Assembly: GCA_965222075.1 (NCBI GenBank)
Contig: OZ244937.1
Location: forward strand, 2,816,001-2,880,000
Length of the DNA stretch: 64,000 nucleotides
Reading direction: 5' to 3'
From: Candidatus Latescibacterota bacterium
GTDB lineage: Bacteria; Latescibacterota; UBA2968; GCA-2709665
The position numbers were made by a program, and so were the translations under genes. Within the stretch, counting starts at the first letter, position 1. The number at the start of each line of letters is the position of its first letter. A model generated the notes under the pieces. It worked only from the letters and a program-made list of their open reading frames with translations. It was not told where the DNA came from and did no database searches. Positions 53,514 to 64,000 of this stretch are shown in pieces.

Positions 53514-54353
53514 ATGAAACGGAAAACCACATCGGGTTCGGAAAGGACTCCGGGCGAAGCCACCGCCATCTATCTGAGGGATATCCGGAAGTATCTCCCC
53601 TTAAACCGTGAGGAAGAGGCCAGCCTGCTCGCCGCTGCGCGTAAAGGCGACCGAAAGGCCCTGAACCACCTCATCACCGCCAACCTCCGCTTCGTGGTCC
53701 GGGTCGCAGGGAAATATAAGGGTCGGGGGTTGCCCCTTTCCGACCTGATTGCAGAGGGCAACCTGGGCCTGATTCGGGCTACGCAAACCTTCGAACCCGA
53801 CCGGGGGCACAAGTTTATCACCTACGCGGTTTGGTGGATCCGGCAGGCCATCCTCTCAGCGCTCAACCGGCAGACCCATCCGGTGGCCTTCCCGGTGAAT
53901 CAGATCGACGACCTCGAAACCGTCAACCGGGCTGCCAGCGTCCTTTCCCAGGCACTGGGGCGTCCTCCCGGTTTGGATGAGCTTGCCGAAGTGACCGAGA
54001 TGAGCCCCAGACGGATGCGTCGCGCCCTGGAGGCAAACCAGTCGCCCTTCTACCTGGACAGCCCCATCTACGACGATAGCAATATCCTGTATGCCGATAT
54101 CTTTCCGGCCTCTGATCCGGGCCCCGACGAGTGGGTGGACGAGGTCCGGCTGCGGCAGCTCCTCCGGGAAAGCCTGGATGAACTGCCAGAACGAGAGGCG
54201 CAGATCCTCAACCTCTATTTCGGGCTTGATGCCGACAAGCCCCAATCTTTGGAACGGGTTGGAAAGCGGTTCCAGATCAGCCGGGAGCGTGTCCGGCAGA
54301 TTAAAGACCGCGCCCTCAACCGACTCCGTCAGCGCATGGCCAAGAACAGGTGA
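53514..54353 (+). CDS. Sigma-70 family factor (RpoD/RpoS-like, no region 1.1)
   Basis: ANLRFVV, DLIAEGNLGL, TYAVWWIRQ, SRERVRQI. Confidence 0.92.
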   Translation: MKRKTTSGSERTPGEATAIYLRDIRKYLPLNREEEASLLAAARKGDRKALNHLITANLRFVVRVAGKYKGRGLPLSDLIAEGNLGLIRATQTFEPDRGHKFITYAVWWIRQAILSALNRQTHPVAFPVNQIDDLETVNRAASVLSQALGRPPGLDELAEVTEMSPRRMRRALEANQSPFYLDSPIYDDSNILYADIFPASDPGPDEWVDEVRLRQLLRESLDELPEREAQILNLYFGLDADKPQSLERVGKRFQISRERVRQIKDRALNRLRQRMAKNR

Positions 54354-54372
54354 TGCTGCTCCTTCATAAAAA

Positions 54373-54412
54373 TAAAAAACGGGAAAACCGTTTTCTGCTT
54401 CCCCGTTTTTTC
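54373..54412. terminator. Putative bidirectional terminator
   Basis: AAAAAACGGG...CCCGTTTTTT between convergent genes. Confidence 0.55.
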
Positions 54413-54424
54413 GTCTGTCCCGGC

Positions 54425-55609
54425 TCATCTACTCTGGAGAACCTGCTGCCGCAGCTGCCACAGTTCCTGCTGCAAACGGTCGATTTTCTGAAATAGCGCC
54501 TCCTGACTCCGATCCGACGGAAGAGAAGGAGGGGAGAAAAAATCGAACACGTCGTTTTCCATGAGAACCTCCGCAGACATCCGCCCTACCTCGACCCGGG
54601 CGGTCATAGACGTGACACCCCGTCTGATCTGCATCTGAACCGGGGCCCCGGGAGACGTTGCCGCAACCAGACTTTTGAGATGCTCACCGCTTAAAATTGG
54701 CTTCCCCTGGTAGGAGAGAATGAGGTCTCCGGGACGTATGCCGCTCGCTGCGGCCGGACCCCCAGCCGATACGTTGATAACCCGGACTCCCTGTTCTGGA
54801 TCGTACTCCCCCTCGACCCCCAGCCATCCATAGACGACTTCCTGTTCGGCGATAAGCCTTCGAGCGATCCGGACGGCCCGGTTGATAGGAATAACAAAGA
54901 CCGTAGCGGGAAACTCTTGCCACCCCGAGATGACCTCGGAATCTCCGTCCTGTTTCCCACTCTTTCGAAGCGCGGCCCACGGGTTCAGGAAGGTCCAGGC
55001 TATCCCGACAACCTCTCCGGTGCTGCTGAATACCGGCGCGCCTCCATAGCCAGAGTGCACCGGAGCCATAATATGAATGAGACCCCCATCTCGGTTAACC
55101 TCGTAGACCGACCCGAACGAAGGGGTCAGGTTGCCAAAGGTATTGCCCAAAATGAAAGCATAGTGACCGATCCGTACCCGACCGGAACTTCCAAGCGTAG
55201 CAGCAGGGAGGCTGTCCGCCTCAACCCGAATAACCGCCACCTCCGAAGCAGGATCTGAAGCAACAAACGTGGCCCGGGTTTGCAGCCCCGAAGCCAGCGT
55301 GACCCGAATCTCTTCTGCCCCCCGAACCGCTTCCTCGACGGTCAGAATATATCCTCTTGGATCAAACACAAAACCGGTCCCGTGCATAAATCCCGCTCCA
55401 AACCCAGCCTCTTCCCCCGAATGGGCGTAAAAGGCATGAATGCGAACAACGCTGGACCGATTGTCTTCTAAAATGGTGGCTCTCTCCTCCTCAATCTTGT
55501 GCAGCAGGCTCCGCTGTTCCCCGGCCCACCCCATCCCTGGCCCGCAAAGGAGCGCCAGCCCCACCAGGATCGTAAAGATCCATATCGCGCTTTTCCATCC
55601 CACGTCCAT
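54425..55609 (-). CDS. HtrA/DegP-like trypsin-fold plus PDZ protein
   Basis: GTGFVF, ILT, GGAPVF, PDZ (GIRPGDLIL); catalytic motifs look altered. Confidence 0.8.
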   Translation of the reverse strand: MDVGWKSAIWIFTILVGLALLCGPGMGWAGEQRSLLHKIEEERATILEDNRSSVVRIHAFYAHSGEEAGFGAGFMHGTGFVFDPRGYILTVEEAVRGAEEIRVTLASGLQTRATFVASDPASEVAVIRVEADSLPAATLGSSGRVRIGHYAFILGNTFGNLTPSFGSVYEVNRDGGLIHIMAPVHSGYGGAPVFSSTGEVVGIAWTFLNPWAALRKSGKQDGDSEVISGWQEFPATVFVIPINRAVRIARRLIAEQEVVYGWLGVEGEYDPEQGVRVINVSAGGPAAASGIRPGDLILSYQGKPILSGEHLKSLVAATSPGAPVQMQIRRGVTSMTARVEVGRMSAEVLMENDVFDFFSPPSLPSDRSQEALFQKIDRLQQELWQLRQQVLQSR

Positions 55610-55671
55610 AAAACCCGTTATCCCTCTTCCTCAGCCTCCTGGCCCTGTCCTGCCAACCAGGAAGGAAACGG

Positions 55672-56277
55672 TTAGAATCGGACCGACACCCGCTGCACCC
55701 CCGACGGGCGCCTGCGCTGTCGGGCAGGGGTGCGAGTCGCAGGCCTCATACTATCCGATTGAGAAGTGTAGAACTGCAAAGCAGAACGCGAAATCGGATA
55801 CGACGCACCCTGGGAAACCTGCTTGAGGGCGCCCCGACCGTTCATTGTCGGATAGGCCGGCAAAGTCCCTGCAGGCCTCTGTACACCTCCCGATCCAGGG
55901 ACCTCCCAGGCCACCGATTTCTCGCTGGGTTTCTCATTCAAAACAGTCGTCACGCCCAGCGCCAGAAGAGCGACGGCCACTCCGGACACAAGCACGCGTG
56001 GGACGGAAGGAAAAAGAAACGCCTGCAGCCTCCGCCGCCACTGTTTCGCTTCGGCAACCTCCATTAAAAGACGGCTTCGAAGCGCAAAATCGAATCCTAC
56101 GGAAGGGCGCACCCAGGACAACCGGGCCAGCCGATCCATCAGGGGCTGCATATTCTTCACAATTTCAGCGCACGAGGGACAATCAGCAATGTGGCGGTCC
56201 ATCGTCGCCCGATCATCCCCTGCGACTTCCCTTTCAATATAGTCCGAAGCCCGTTCCGAAAACTCACCACAGGTCAT
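55672..56277 (-). CDS. Anti-sigma factor (zf-HC2)
   Basis: HIADCPSC, TM helix; downstream of the ECF sigma. Confidence 0.85.
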   Translation of the reverse strand: MTCGEFSERASDYIEREVAGDDRATMDRHIADCPSCAEIVKNMQPLMDRLARLSWVRPSVGFDFALRSRLLMEVAEAKQWRRRLQAFLFPSVPRVLVSGVAVALLALGVTTVLNEKPSEKSVAWEVPGSGGVQRPAGTLPAYPTMNGRGALKQVSQGASYPISRSALQFYTSQSDSMRPATRTPARQRRRPSGVQRVSVRF

Positions 56278-56312
56278 TGAACGATCCTTCCCTCAAAACC
56301 ACCCCGTTTATA

Positions 56313-56363
56313 TTTTGGATTGCGGATTGTGGAATAAAGGCTTTTCAATCCAAAATCCAAAAT
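56313..56363. repeat. Inverted heptamer-repeat element
   Basis: Similar to 29651-29702. Confidence 0.65.
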
Positions 56364-56975
56364 TCAAACCTCCAGCCCCACATCCCGTCCCTCGTTTTTG
56401 AGCTTCTGCTGAAGCTTCAGCCTGGCCCGGTTCACGCGCGATTTGACCGTCCCAACGGGACATACAACGATCTCCGAAATCTCCTGATAAGAGAGGCCCT
56501 CTACATCCCGCAGCAGGATCACCTGGCGGTAGTTCGCAGACAGCGACAGGATGGCCTGCTGAATCTGGACATCTGCGATCGAAGATTCCGTCACCGTGTC
56601 GGGGCGGTAAGACTCATCCGGCAGGTCCAGCCCGGTATCGAACGCCTCATCCTTGTGCAGGGAAAAAAGCCGCCACCGCTTGCGCCGCCGCAGTTCGCTT
56701 TTGGCCAGATTGCCGGCAATCGTAAAAAGCCAGGTGGAAAAATTGGCGATGGCCCGGTACTCTTGCCGCTTCCGAAATGCCCGCAGGAAGGTCTCCTGAA
56801 CAATATCTTCGGCCGTCTCCCGGTCTCCTACAAACCGGAAAATAAAGTTATAAAGCCTTATCCTGTAGCGGTTTACAATCTTTCCATAGGCGTCTATATC
56901 TCCGCTTGAAACATCTGCCAATACCTCGACATCCGACTGATCTTCGGCCCCAGTTCTGGAGTTGACCATAAGCAT
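56364..56975 (-). CDS. rpoE: ECF sigma factor
   Basis: AEDIVQETF, FSTWLFTIA, GLSYQEI, GTVKSRVNRAR. Confidence 0.88.
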   Translation of the reverse strand: MLMVNSRTGAEDQSDVEVLADVSSGDIDAYGKIVNRYRIRLYNFIFRFVGDRETAEDIVQETFLRAFRKRQEYRAIANFSTWLFTIAGNLAKSELRRRKRWRLFSLHKDEAFDTGLDLPDESYRPDTVTESSIADVQIQQAILSLSANYRQVILLRDVEGLSYQEISEIVVCPVGTVKSRVNRARLKLQQKLKNEGRDVGLEV

Positions 56976-57427
56976 ATATTCTCCTCCCCTTTGAGCCTAT
57001 ACTCCCCTCTTTTAAGCCTCTGGACAGACTCTGATGAATAAAACAACCCTGAAAACGGCAAGCCCCAATGTAGTGTCACATGTGAAAATATGCTTAATAG
57101 GCGACTTTTAAACCCGTTGGAGCCTGAAAAGTTCCCCAAAAAAACAGTTTGCCCCATCCCCCCAACCCCAATCCCAAGTTGCGAGTGCACCAAGACGTCC
57201 TCTTGCCGCTCACGACTCACGACACTTTTAATATAACAGAATCCAGAAGCCCAAAACAGAGGAAAAATCGACGCGCCATCCCCTTGCCAGTGCCCGCTTT
57301 CTCTACTTGACATCGCTTCGATTCTCCCTATATTACTACCCTGCTGGCAACATCGGTTTCCACAGTCTTTAGACAGCTTTCTGGATCGCTGTCGGGTTGT
57401 CCAAAACAGAAAGTGAGGGACATTCTA

Positions 57428-59434
57428 ATGGCAGCAAAACCGGATGCATCGCTGGTGACAGAACAGGATGGGAAGTTCCTCCCACCCGCAGACTTCAGCA
57501 GCCGGGCCTACATCAAAAACCTGGAGGAGTATCAGAAGCGCTACCAGGAATCGATCGAAGACACGGAGGGGTTCTGGGATAGGGTGGCCGAAGACTTTCA
57601 CTGGTACAAGAAATGGGACAGGGTGCGGTCCTTCAACTACGATCTGAACCAGGGGCCCATCTCCATCAGATGGTTCGAAGGCGCCAAGAGTAATATCACC
57701 TACAACTGCCTGGACCGGCACTTAGAGACGCGCGGCGATCAGGTGGCCATTATCTGGGAAGGCAACGAACCGGGAGAGGATGCAAAGCTTACCTACCGGG
57801 AATTGCACGAACAGGTCAGCAAGTGCGCCAATATCCTTAAGTCCCGGGATGTGAAAAAGGGCGATCGGGTCTCCATCTATATGCCGATGATCCCCGAGCT
57901 GGCCATCGCGATGCTGGCCTGTGCCCGCATCGGGGCGGTTCACAGCATCGTCTTCGGCGGCTTCTCGGCCGATTCGCTGGCCGACCGGATCGTGGACTCG
58001 ACCTGCCAGGTGCTCCTGACCACAGACGGGATGTTTCGAGGAGACAGACCCATGCCCCGGAAAGAGCCCGCCGACGAGGCCATGGCCCTGGCCGACACGC
58101 GGATGGGCGGGAAAAAGGTGGAGACCTGTATCGTGGTCCGCCGCGTGGGAGAGGGCAAGGGCATCGAATGCACGATGCAGGAAGGACGGGATATCTGGTG
58201 GGATGAGGCCATGCAAAGCGCCAGCCCGGAGTGCCCCTGCGAAGAGATGGATGCGGAAGACCCCCTCTACATCCTCTACACCTCCGGGTCTACGGGCAAG
58301 CCCAAGGGGGTGCAGCACAACGTGGGCGGGTATATGGTCTACACCGGCTTTTCCCACAAGACCATCTTCGACTACCACGACGGTGACATCTACTTCTGCG
58401 CAGCCGACATCGGCTGGGTGACGGGGCATTCCTACATCATCTACGGACCGCTGGCCAACGGGGCCACCTCGGTGATGTTTGAAAGCACGCCGTTATATCC
58501 CCAGCCGGACCGCTACTGGAAGGTGATCGACAAATACGGCGTAAACCAGTTCTATACCGCCCCCACCGCCATCCGGGCGCTCACCAGGGAGGGCGAGGAG
58601 TGGCCGGCCAAATACGATCTGTCTTCGCTTCGGCTTTTGGGCACGGTGGGCGAACCCATCAACCCGGAGGCGTGGCTGTGGTATCACCGCAACATCGGTC
58701 GGGAACGCTGCCCGATTGTGGATACCTGGTGGCAGACCGAGACGGGCGGCATCCTGATCACCCCGCTGCCGGGAGCGACCCCCACCAAGCCTGGATCGGC
58801 CACCCTGCCCTTTTTCGGGACCAAACCCGTGGTGATCGATCCGGAAAACGGGAAGGTGCTGGAGGAGAACGACGTAAGCGGAGTGCTGGCGATTGCCGAA
58901 CCCTGGCCGGGGCAGATGCGGACGATCTACGGCGACCACGCCCGGTTCGAGCAGACCTATTTTGAGACCTACAAGGGGTTCTACTTCACCGGGGATGGTG
59001 TTCGGCGAGATGAGGATGGCTATTACTGGATCACCGGCCGCGTGGATGACGTCCTCAATATCTCCGGCCACCGGATGGGCACCGCAGAGGTCGAAAGCGC
59101 CCTGGTGTCGCACGCGAAGGTGGCCGAGTCTGCCGTGGTAGGCTTCCCGCACGAGATCAAGGGTCAGGGCATCTACGCCTATGTGACCCTCAACGCAGGA
59201 GAGGAATACACCGAGAACCTGCGCGAGGAACTCCGGCAGTGGGTGCGCAAAGAGATCGGACCGATCGCCACGCCCGATGTGATCCACTGGGCACCCGGTC
59301 TGCCAAAGACCCGGTCGGGGAAGATCATGCGCAGGATCCTCCGCAAAATTGCCTCGGACGACACGGACGATCTGGGAGACATCTCCACCCTGGCCGACCC
59401 GGCCGTGGTGGACCAGCTACTGGTGAACAAATAG
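57428..59434 (+). CDS. acs: Acetyl-CoA synthetase
   Basis: [32 protein letters not shown]. Confidence 0.97.
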   Translation: MAAKPDASLVTEQDGKFLPPADFSSRAYIKNLEEYQKRYQESIEDTEGFWDRVAEDFHWYKKWDRVRSFNYDLNQGPISIRWFEGAKSNITYNCLDRHLETRGDQVAIIWEGNEPGEDAKLTYRELHEQVSKCANILKSRDVKKGDRVSIYMPMIPELAIAMLACARIGAVHSIVFGGFSADSLADRIVDSTCQVLLTTDGMFRGDRPMPRKEPADEAMALADTRMGGKKVETCIVVRRVGEGKGIECTMQEGRDIWWDEAMQSASPECPCEEMDAEDPLYILYTSGSTGKPKGVQHNVGGYMVYTGFSHKTIFDYHDGDIYFCAADIGWVTGHSYIIYGPLANGATSVMFESTPLYPQPDRYWKVIDKYGVNQFYTAPTAIRALTREGEEWPAKYDLSSLRLLGTVGEPINPEAWLWYHRNIGRERCPIVDTWWQTETGGILITPLPGATPTKPGSATLPFFGTKPVVIDPENGKVLEENDVSGVLAIAEPWPGQMRTIYGDHARFEQTYFETYKGFYFTGDGVRRDEDGYYWITGRVDDVLNISGHRMGTAEVESALVSHAKVAESAVVGFPHEIKGQGIYAYVTLNAGEEYTENLREELRQWVRKEIGPIATPDVIHWAPGLPKTRSGKIMRRILRKIASDDTDDLGDISTLADPAVVDQLLVNK

Positions 59435-59457
59435 GCAAAATGCCTGCATCAACCATC

Positions 59458-59486
59458 GTAGGGGCGCCCCGGCGAGGCGCCCCTAC
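59458..59486. repeat. GTAG REP hairpin
   Basis: GTAGGGGCGCC-CCGGCGA-GGCGCCCCTAC. Confidence 0.75.
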
Positions 59487-59507
59487 CCTTTTTCTGTTCC
59501 TGAGCCT

Positions 59508-60197
59508 ATGTCTGATCCCCAAAAGGCCCTGCTGCTCCTCTCCGGCGGCATGGACTCCACCACGCTCCTCTGGTGGATGCGCGCCGAGGGCATCCCCGAA
59601 ATCCATACCGTCGCGGTCAACTACGGACAGCGGCACGCCGTCGAACTCGCGTACAGCGCAACTCTCTCCCGCCTGGCCGGTGCCCGTTCACACCGCTGTC
59701 TCAAGCTCGACCTGCAGCAGATCGGTGCAACCCCTCTCACCGACGCGGGCCTGTCGGTCCCCCAGGCCGCCCAGAACCAGCAGATCCGGACCGTGGTCCC
59801 CTACCGGAACATGCTCTTTGTGACCCTGGCAGCTGCCTTGGCAGAGACGCAGGGCATCTACACGGTCTACATCTCCCCCGTTCGGGACGACTATGCCGCC
59901 TACCGGGACTGCCGGCGGGAATTCTACGACGCCCTGGAAGGGGCGCTCTGTCTGGGCGCAACCCGAGAAACAGACCTCCACATACACACCCCCTTTGTGG
60001 ACAAATGGAAAACCGAAGTGGTCCGAATCGGCCTGGGCCTCAACGTCCCCTACAATCAGACCCACACCTGCTATGAGGGCACGCGCCCCGCCTGCGGCCG
60101 CTGCGACGCCTGCGCCGAGCGTATCGCCGCCTTCCGCGAAAACGGCGTAAGGGATCCCCTCACCTACGAAACGGAAATCGATTGGACCGTCGGGTAG
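59508..60197 (+). CDS. queC: 7-cyano-7-deazaguanine synthase
   Basis: SGGMDST, YGQRH, VPYRN, YRDCR, CGRCDAC. Confidence 0.9.
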   Translation: MSDPQKALLLLSGGMDSTTLLWWMRAEGIPEIHTVAVNYGQRHAVELAYSATLSRLAGARSHRCLKLDLQQIGATPLTDAGLSVPQAAQNQQIRTVVPYRNMLFVTLAAALAETQGIYTVYISPVRDDYAAYRDCRREFYDALEGALCLGATRETDLHIHTPFVDKWKTEVVRIGLGLNVPYNQTHTCYEGTRPACGRCDACAERIAAFRENGVRDPLTYETEIDWTVG

Positions 60198-60267
60198 CCC
60201 GCCGCTTGCACCCCTGCCTCAAAGAAGATTTTTCTCTTTTTTTCGCGTCCTTCCGTGTCCCTCCGTG

Positions 60268-61206
60268 CTACGCATTCTTCAGCGCCATCACCGTCTCAAT
60301 GAGCCGACGGTCGGCCTTGTATCGAAGCTCCAGGATCTGTTCAACATCTTCTAAATTCTCGTCTCCCAACTCCAGCCTGTAGACCTCGATCCGATCGGCC
60401 AGGGCATTCATCACCATATCCAGCAATATGACATCGGTAGCGTCGTCTTCCACCATACACTCGTCGGCCAGCACCTTCCGGATCACCCGCAGGCGCTCCG
60501 ACAGGGCCTGGGTATCGATAGGATTCACAGGACCATCTGTGACCAGAGGAGTGGCAAGCATCGTCAGAAAACCCTCACTGAGAAACCTTCGGGCCTTGTC
60601 CTCGGTCCAGGTTTCCGAAAGGATTTCTGAAATCGCCTGGGAGACGCCCGCAGACGAGCTATTGACCCGGCTGTCCTGGCGGGCATCCGCTTCGACATCC
60701 TCCCGGGCAGAGGAACGGCGACGGCGCGGCCGGCGCCTCCGAGACCGGCGGGCATCCTGAGAGGGCTCTGCTTCGCCTTCGGATTCGGCCGGCTGGACCT
60801 TAGGCTGCAGCTCTGCCTCCTCTGCGGTCTCCTCCGCCTTGGTCTCGGCCGCTACTGCCTTCTTCACCGTCCTGCGCGTGCGCGTCGCCCCCTTTGCAGA
60901 TGCCCCCTTAGCACGCTTCGCTGGCCGACGCGACACCACCTTCTTCTCTGAAACCTCCGCCGCGGGCTGAACCTCTCCCGCACCCTCTTCCCCCCCCACT
61001 TCGGCCGCTACCGCCTTCTTCACCGTCCTGCGCGTGCGCGTCGCCCCCTTTGCAGATGCCCCCTTAGCACGCTTCGCTGGCCGACGCGACACCACCTTCT
61101 TCTCTGAAACCTCCGCCGCGGGCTGAACCTCTCCCTCTTTTGGGCTTTCCACATCCATCTCAATTTCCTTCTGGGGATCTGGTTCCGAACCTGACAAAAC
61201 TTCCAT
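60268..61206 (-). CDS. Hypothetical protein with a duplicated basic low-complexity region
   Basis: 45-aa K/R/A-rich repeat x2, Arg tract, helical C-terminal domain. Confidence 0.75.
   Translation of the reverse strand: MEVLSGSEPDPQKEIEMDVESPKEGEVQPAAEVSEKKVVSRRPAKRAKGASAKGATRTRRTVKKAVAAEVGGEEGAGEVQPAAEVSEKKVVSRRPAKRAKGASAKGATRTRRTVKKAVAAETKAEETAEEAELQPKVQPAESEGEAEPSQDARRSRRRRPRRRRSSAREDVEADARQDSRVNSSSAGVSQAISEILSETWTEDKARRFLSEGFLTMLATPLVTDGPVNPIDTQALSERLRVIRKVLADECMVEDDATDVILLDMVMNALADRIEVYRLELGDENLEDVEQILELRYKADRRLIETVMALKNA
60845..61135. repeat. Two 135-bp direct repeats (period 156 bp)
   Basis: 60845-60979 vs 61001-61135, one mismatch seen. Confidence 0.9.
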
Positions 61207-61342
61207 AACCCTCCCTTCCGTACTGCCCCTTCATACCTGGACATACGGGTAAAAATCCCTGCGTGGATTCCGAATCGGGCGGATAAACGTTCACCCGGCG
61301 TCCTGATAATATAGAAAAAATATCTCCGAAATCCAACTGTTC

Positions 61343-61378
61343 AAAAAAAGGGATCGGCTCCTTTGGGCCGATCCCTTT
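61343..61378 (-). terminator. groEL intrinsic terminator
   Basis: AAAGGGATCGGC...GCCGATCCCTTT plus T-run on the minus strand. Confidence 0.75.
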
Positions 61379-61400
61379 ACCGTTGACATCCAACGGGGTC

Positions 61401-63355
<1,955 letters not shown>

Positions 63356-63414
63356 GGAAGTTCCTCCTTTAAAAGTTAGTAAAGATTATTGATTTATATA
63401 GACTTTGGAAGTTG

Positions 63415-63441
63415 TTAGCACTCTCAATAGATGAGTGCTAA
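63415..63441. promoter_or_regulatory. CIRCE element (HrcA operator)
   Basis: TTAGCACTC-N9-GAGTGCTAA, perfect consensus upstream of groES. Confidence 0.96.
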
Positions 63442-63510
63442 CACCTATGAATATACAACCTTTCCCGAAATCGCGCAAGCATAATTTGTCCAAAACAGTG
63501 TAGCGCCCCC

Positions 63511-63993
63511 TTACCGGCCCATTTTTGCCTGCTCCAGCCGGCGTTTCCTCTCAGACAGCACCTGTTCCAAGTGTCCGATTTCGGCCTCCAGCAGATCCGG
63601 GTTCTCCGGCCCCCCCTCCTCATCGGGCGCAGGGGGATGCACCGCAGGCAACCCCGCATCGGCCCAGTCTTCGAATCCGCCCTCCATAGAAATCACCCGC
63701 TCGTATCCCAGATCCTTCAGGGACTCTGCAGCCAGGAGAGACCGTACACCACCGGCGCAGTAGACGACCACATGCCGGGATTTGTCGGGCGCCTTAACCT
63801 CCACTTCGCTCTCCAGACGCCCCCGGGGAATGTGAATCGCCCCCTCCAAGTGCCCCCGCTCCCACTCATCCAGCCCCCGCACGTCTAAGAGAACAGGAGT
63901 CTCTCCCTTCTTCAGGTGCTCGTGGACCTCCTGCACCGTCATCTCCGGCACCTCCTGCCGGGCCTCGTTCAACAGATCTTCGCGTGACTTCAC
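63511..63993 (-). CDS. Rhodanese-domain protein
   Basis: LLDVR, GHLEGA, YCAGGVRS, GGFEDW. Confidence 0.88.
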   Translation of the reverse strand: MKSREDLLNEARQEVPEMTVQEVHEHLKKGETPVLLDVRGLDEWERGHLEGAIHIPRGRLESEVEVKAPDKSRHVVVYCAGGVRSLLAAESLKDLGYERVISMEGGFEDWADAGLPAVHPPAPDEEGGPENPDLLEAEIGHLEQVLSERKRRLEQAKMGR

Positions 63994-64000
63994 GTCGCTT

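Overview
Bacterial chromosomal window, GC-rich and probably FCB-group/Latescibacterota-like (inferred from the FlgD-type sorting domain, dockerin/EF-hand plus FGE protein and DUF6785-like membrane protein). Core genes lie at 1-4311 (smpB, amidase, DnaC-like ATPase, rph, rdgB) and 20811-64000 (Slt, catabolic enzymes, ACP/Re-citrate-synthase-like/pta, pheA, lgt, hydantoinase pair, purH-like, ECF sigma/anti-sigma/HtrA, acs, queC, groESL with a CIRCE). A 16.5-kb accessory island sits between them, flanked by a perfect 24-bp direct repeat of the rdgB 3' end (4289-4312 / 20792-20815). The island has no integrase. It carries SLATT-like, patatin, vWA-FGE, sigma-54 regulator and TolB-like genes, a MobA relaxase remnant, an IS3 remnant and an ISKra4/ISLre2-like IS with IRs and a 9-bp TSD. 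The main observation is a family of ten 27-36-bp hairpin micro-insertions (CCTGCCT-[variable inner stem-loop]-GC-AG(G/A)CAGG). All ten have lengths that are multiples of 3 and they insert without obvious target duplication. Seven are in-frame inside genes, and precise removal restores conserved motifs (YIEGWYN, GLPIGSG), a REP hairpin and a paralogous 3' tail. No rRNA, tRNA or CRISPR array was recognised. All calls were made by eye; no searches were run.
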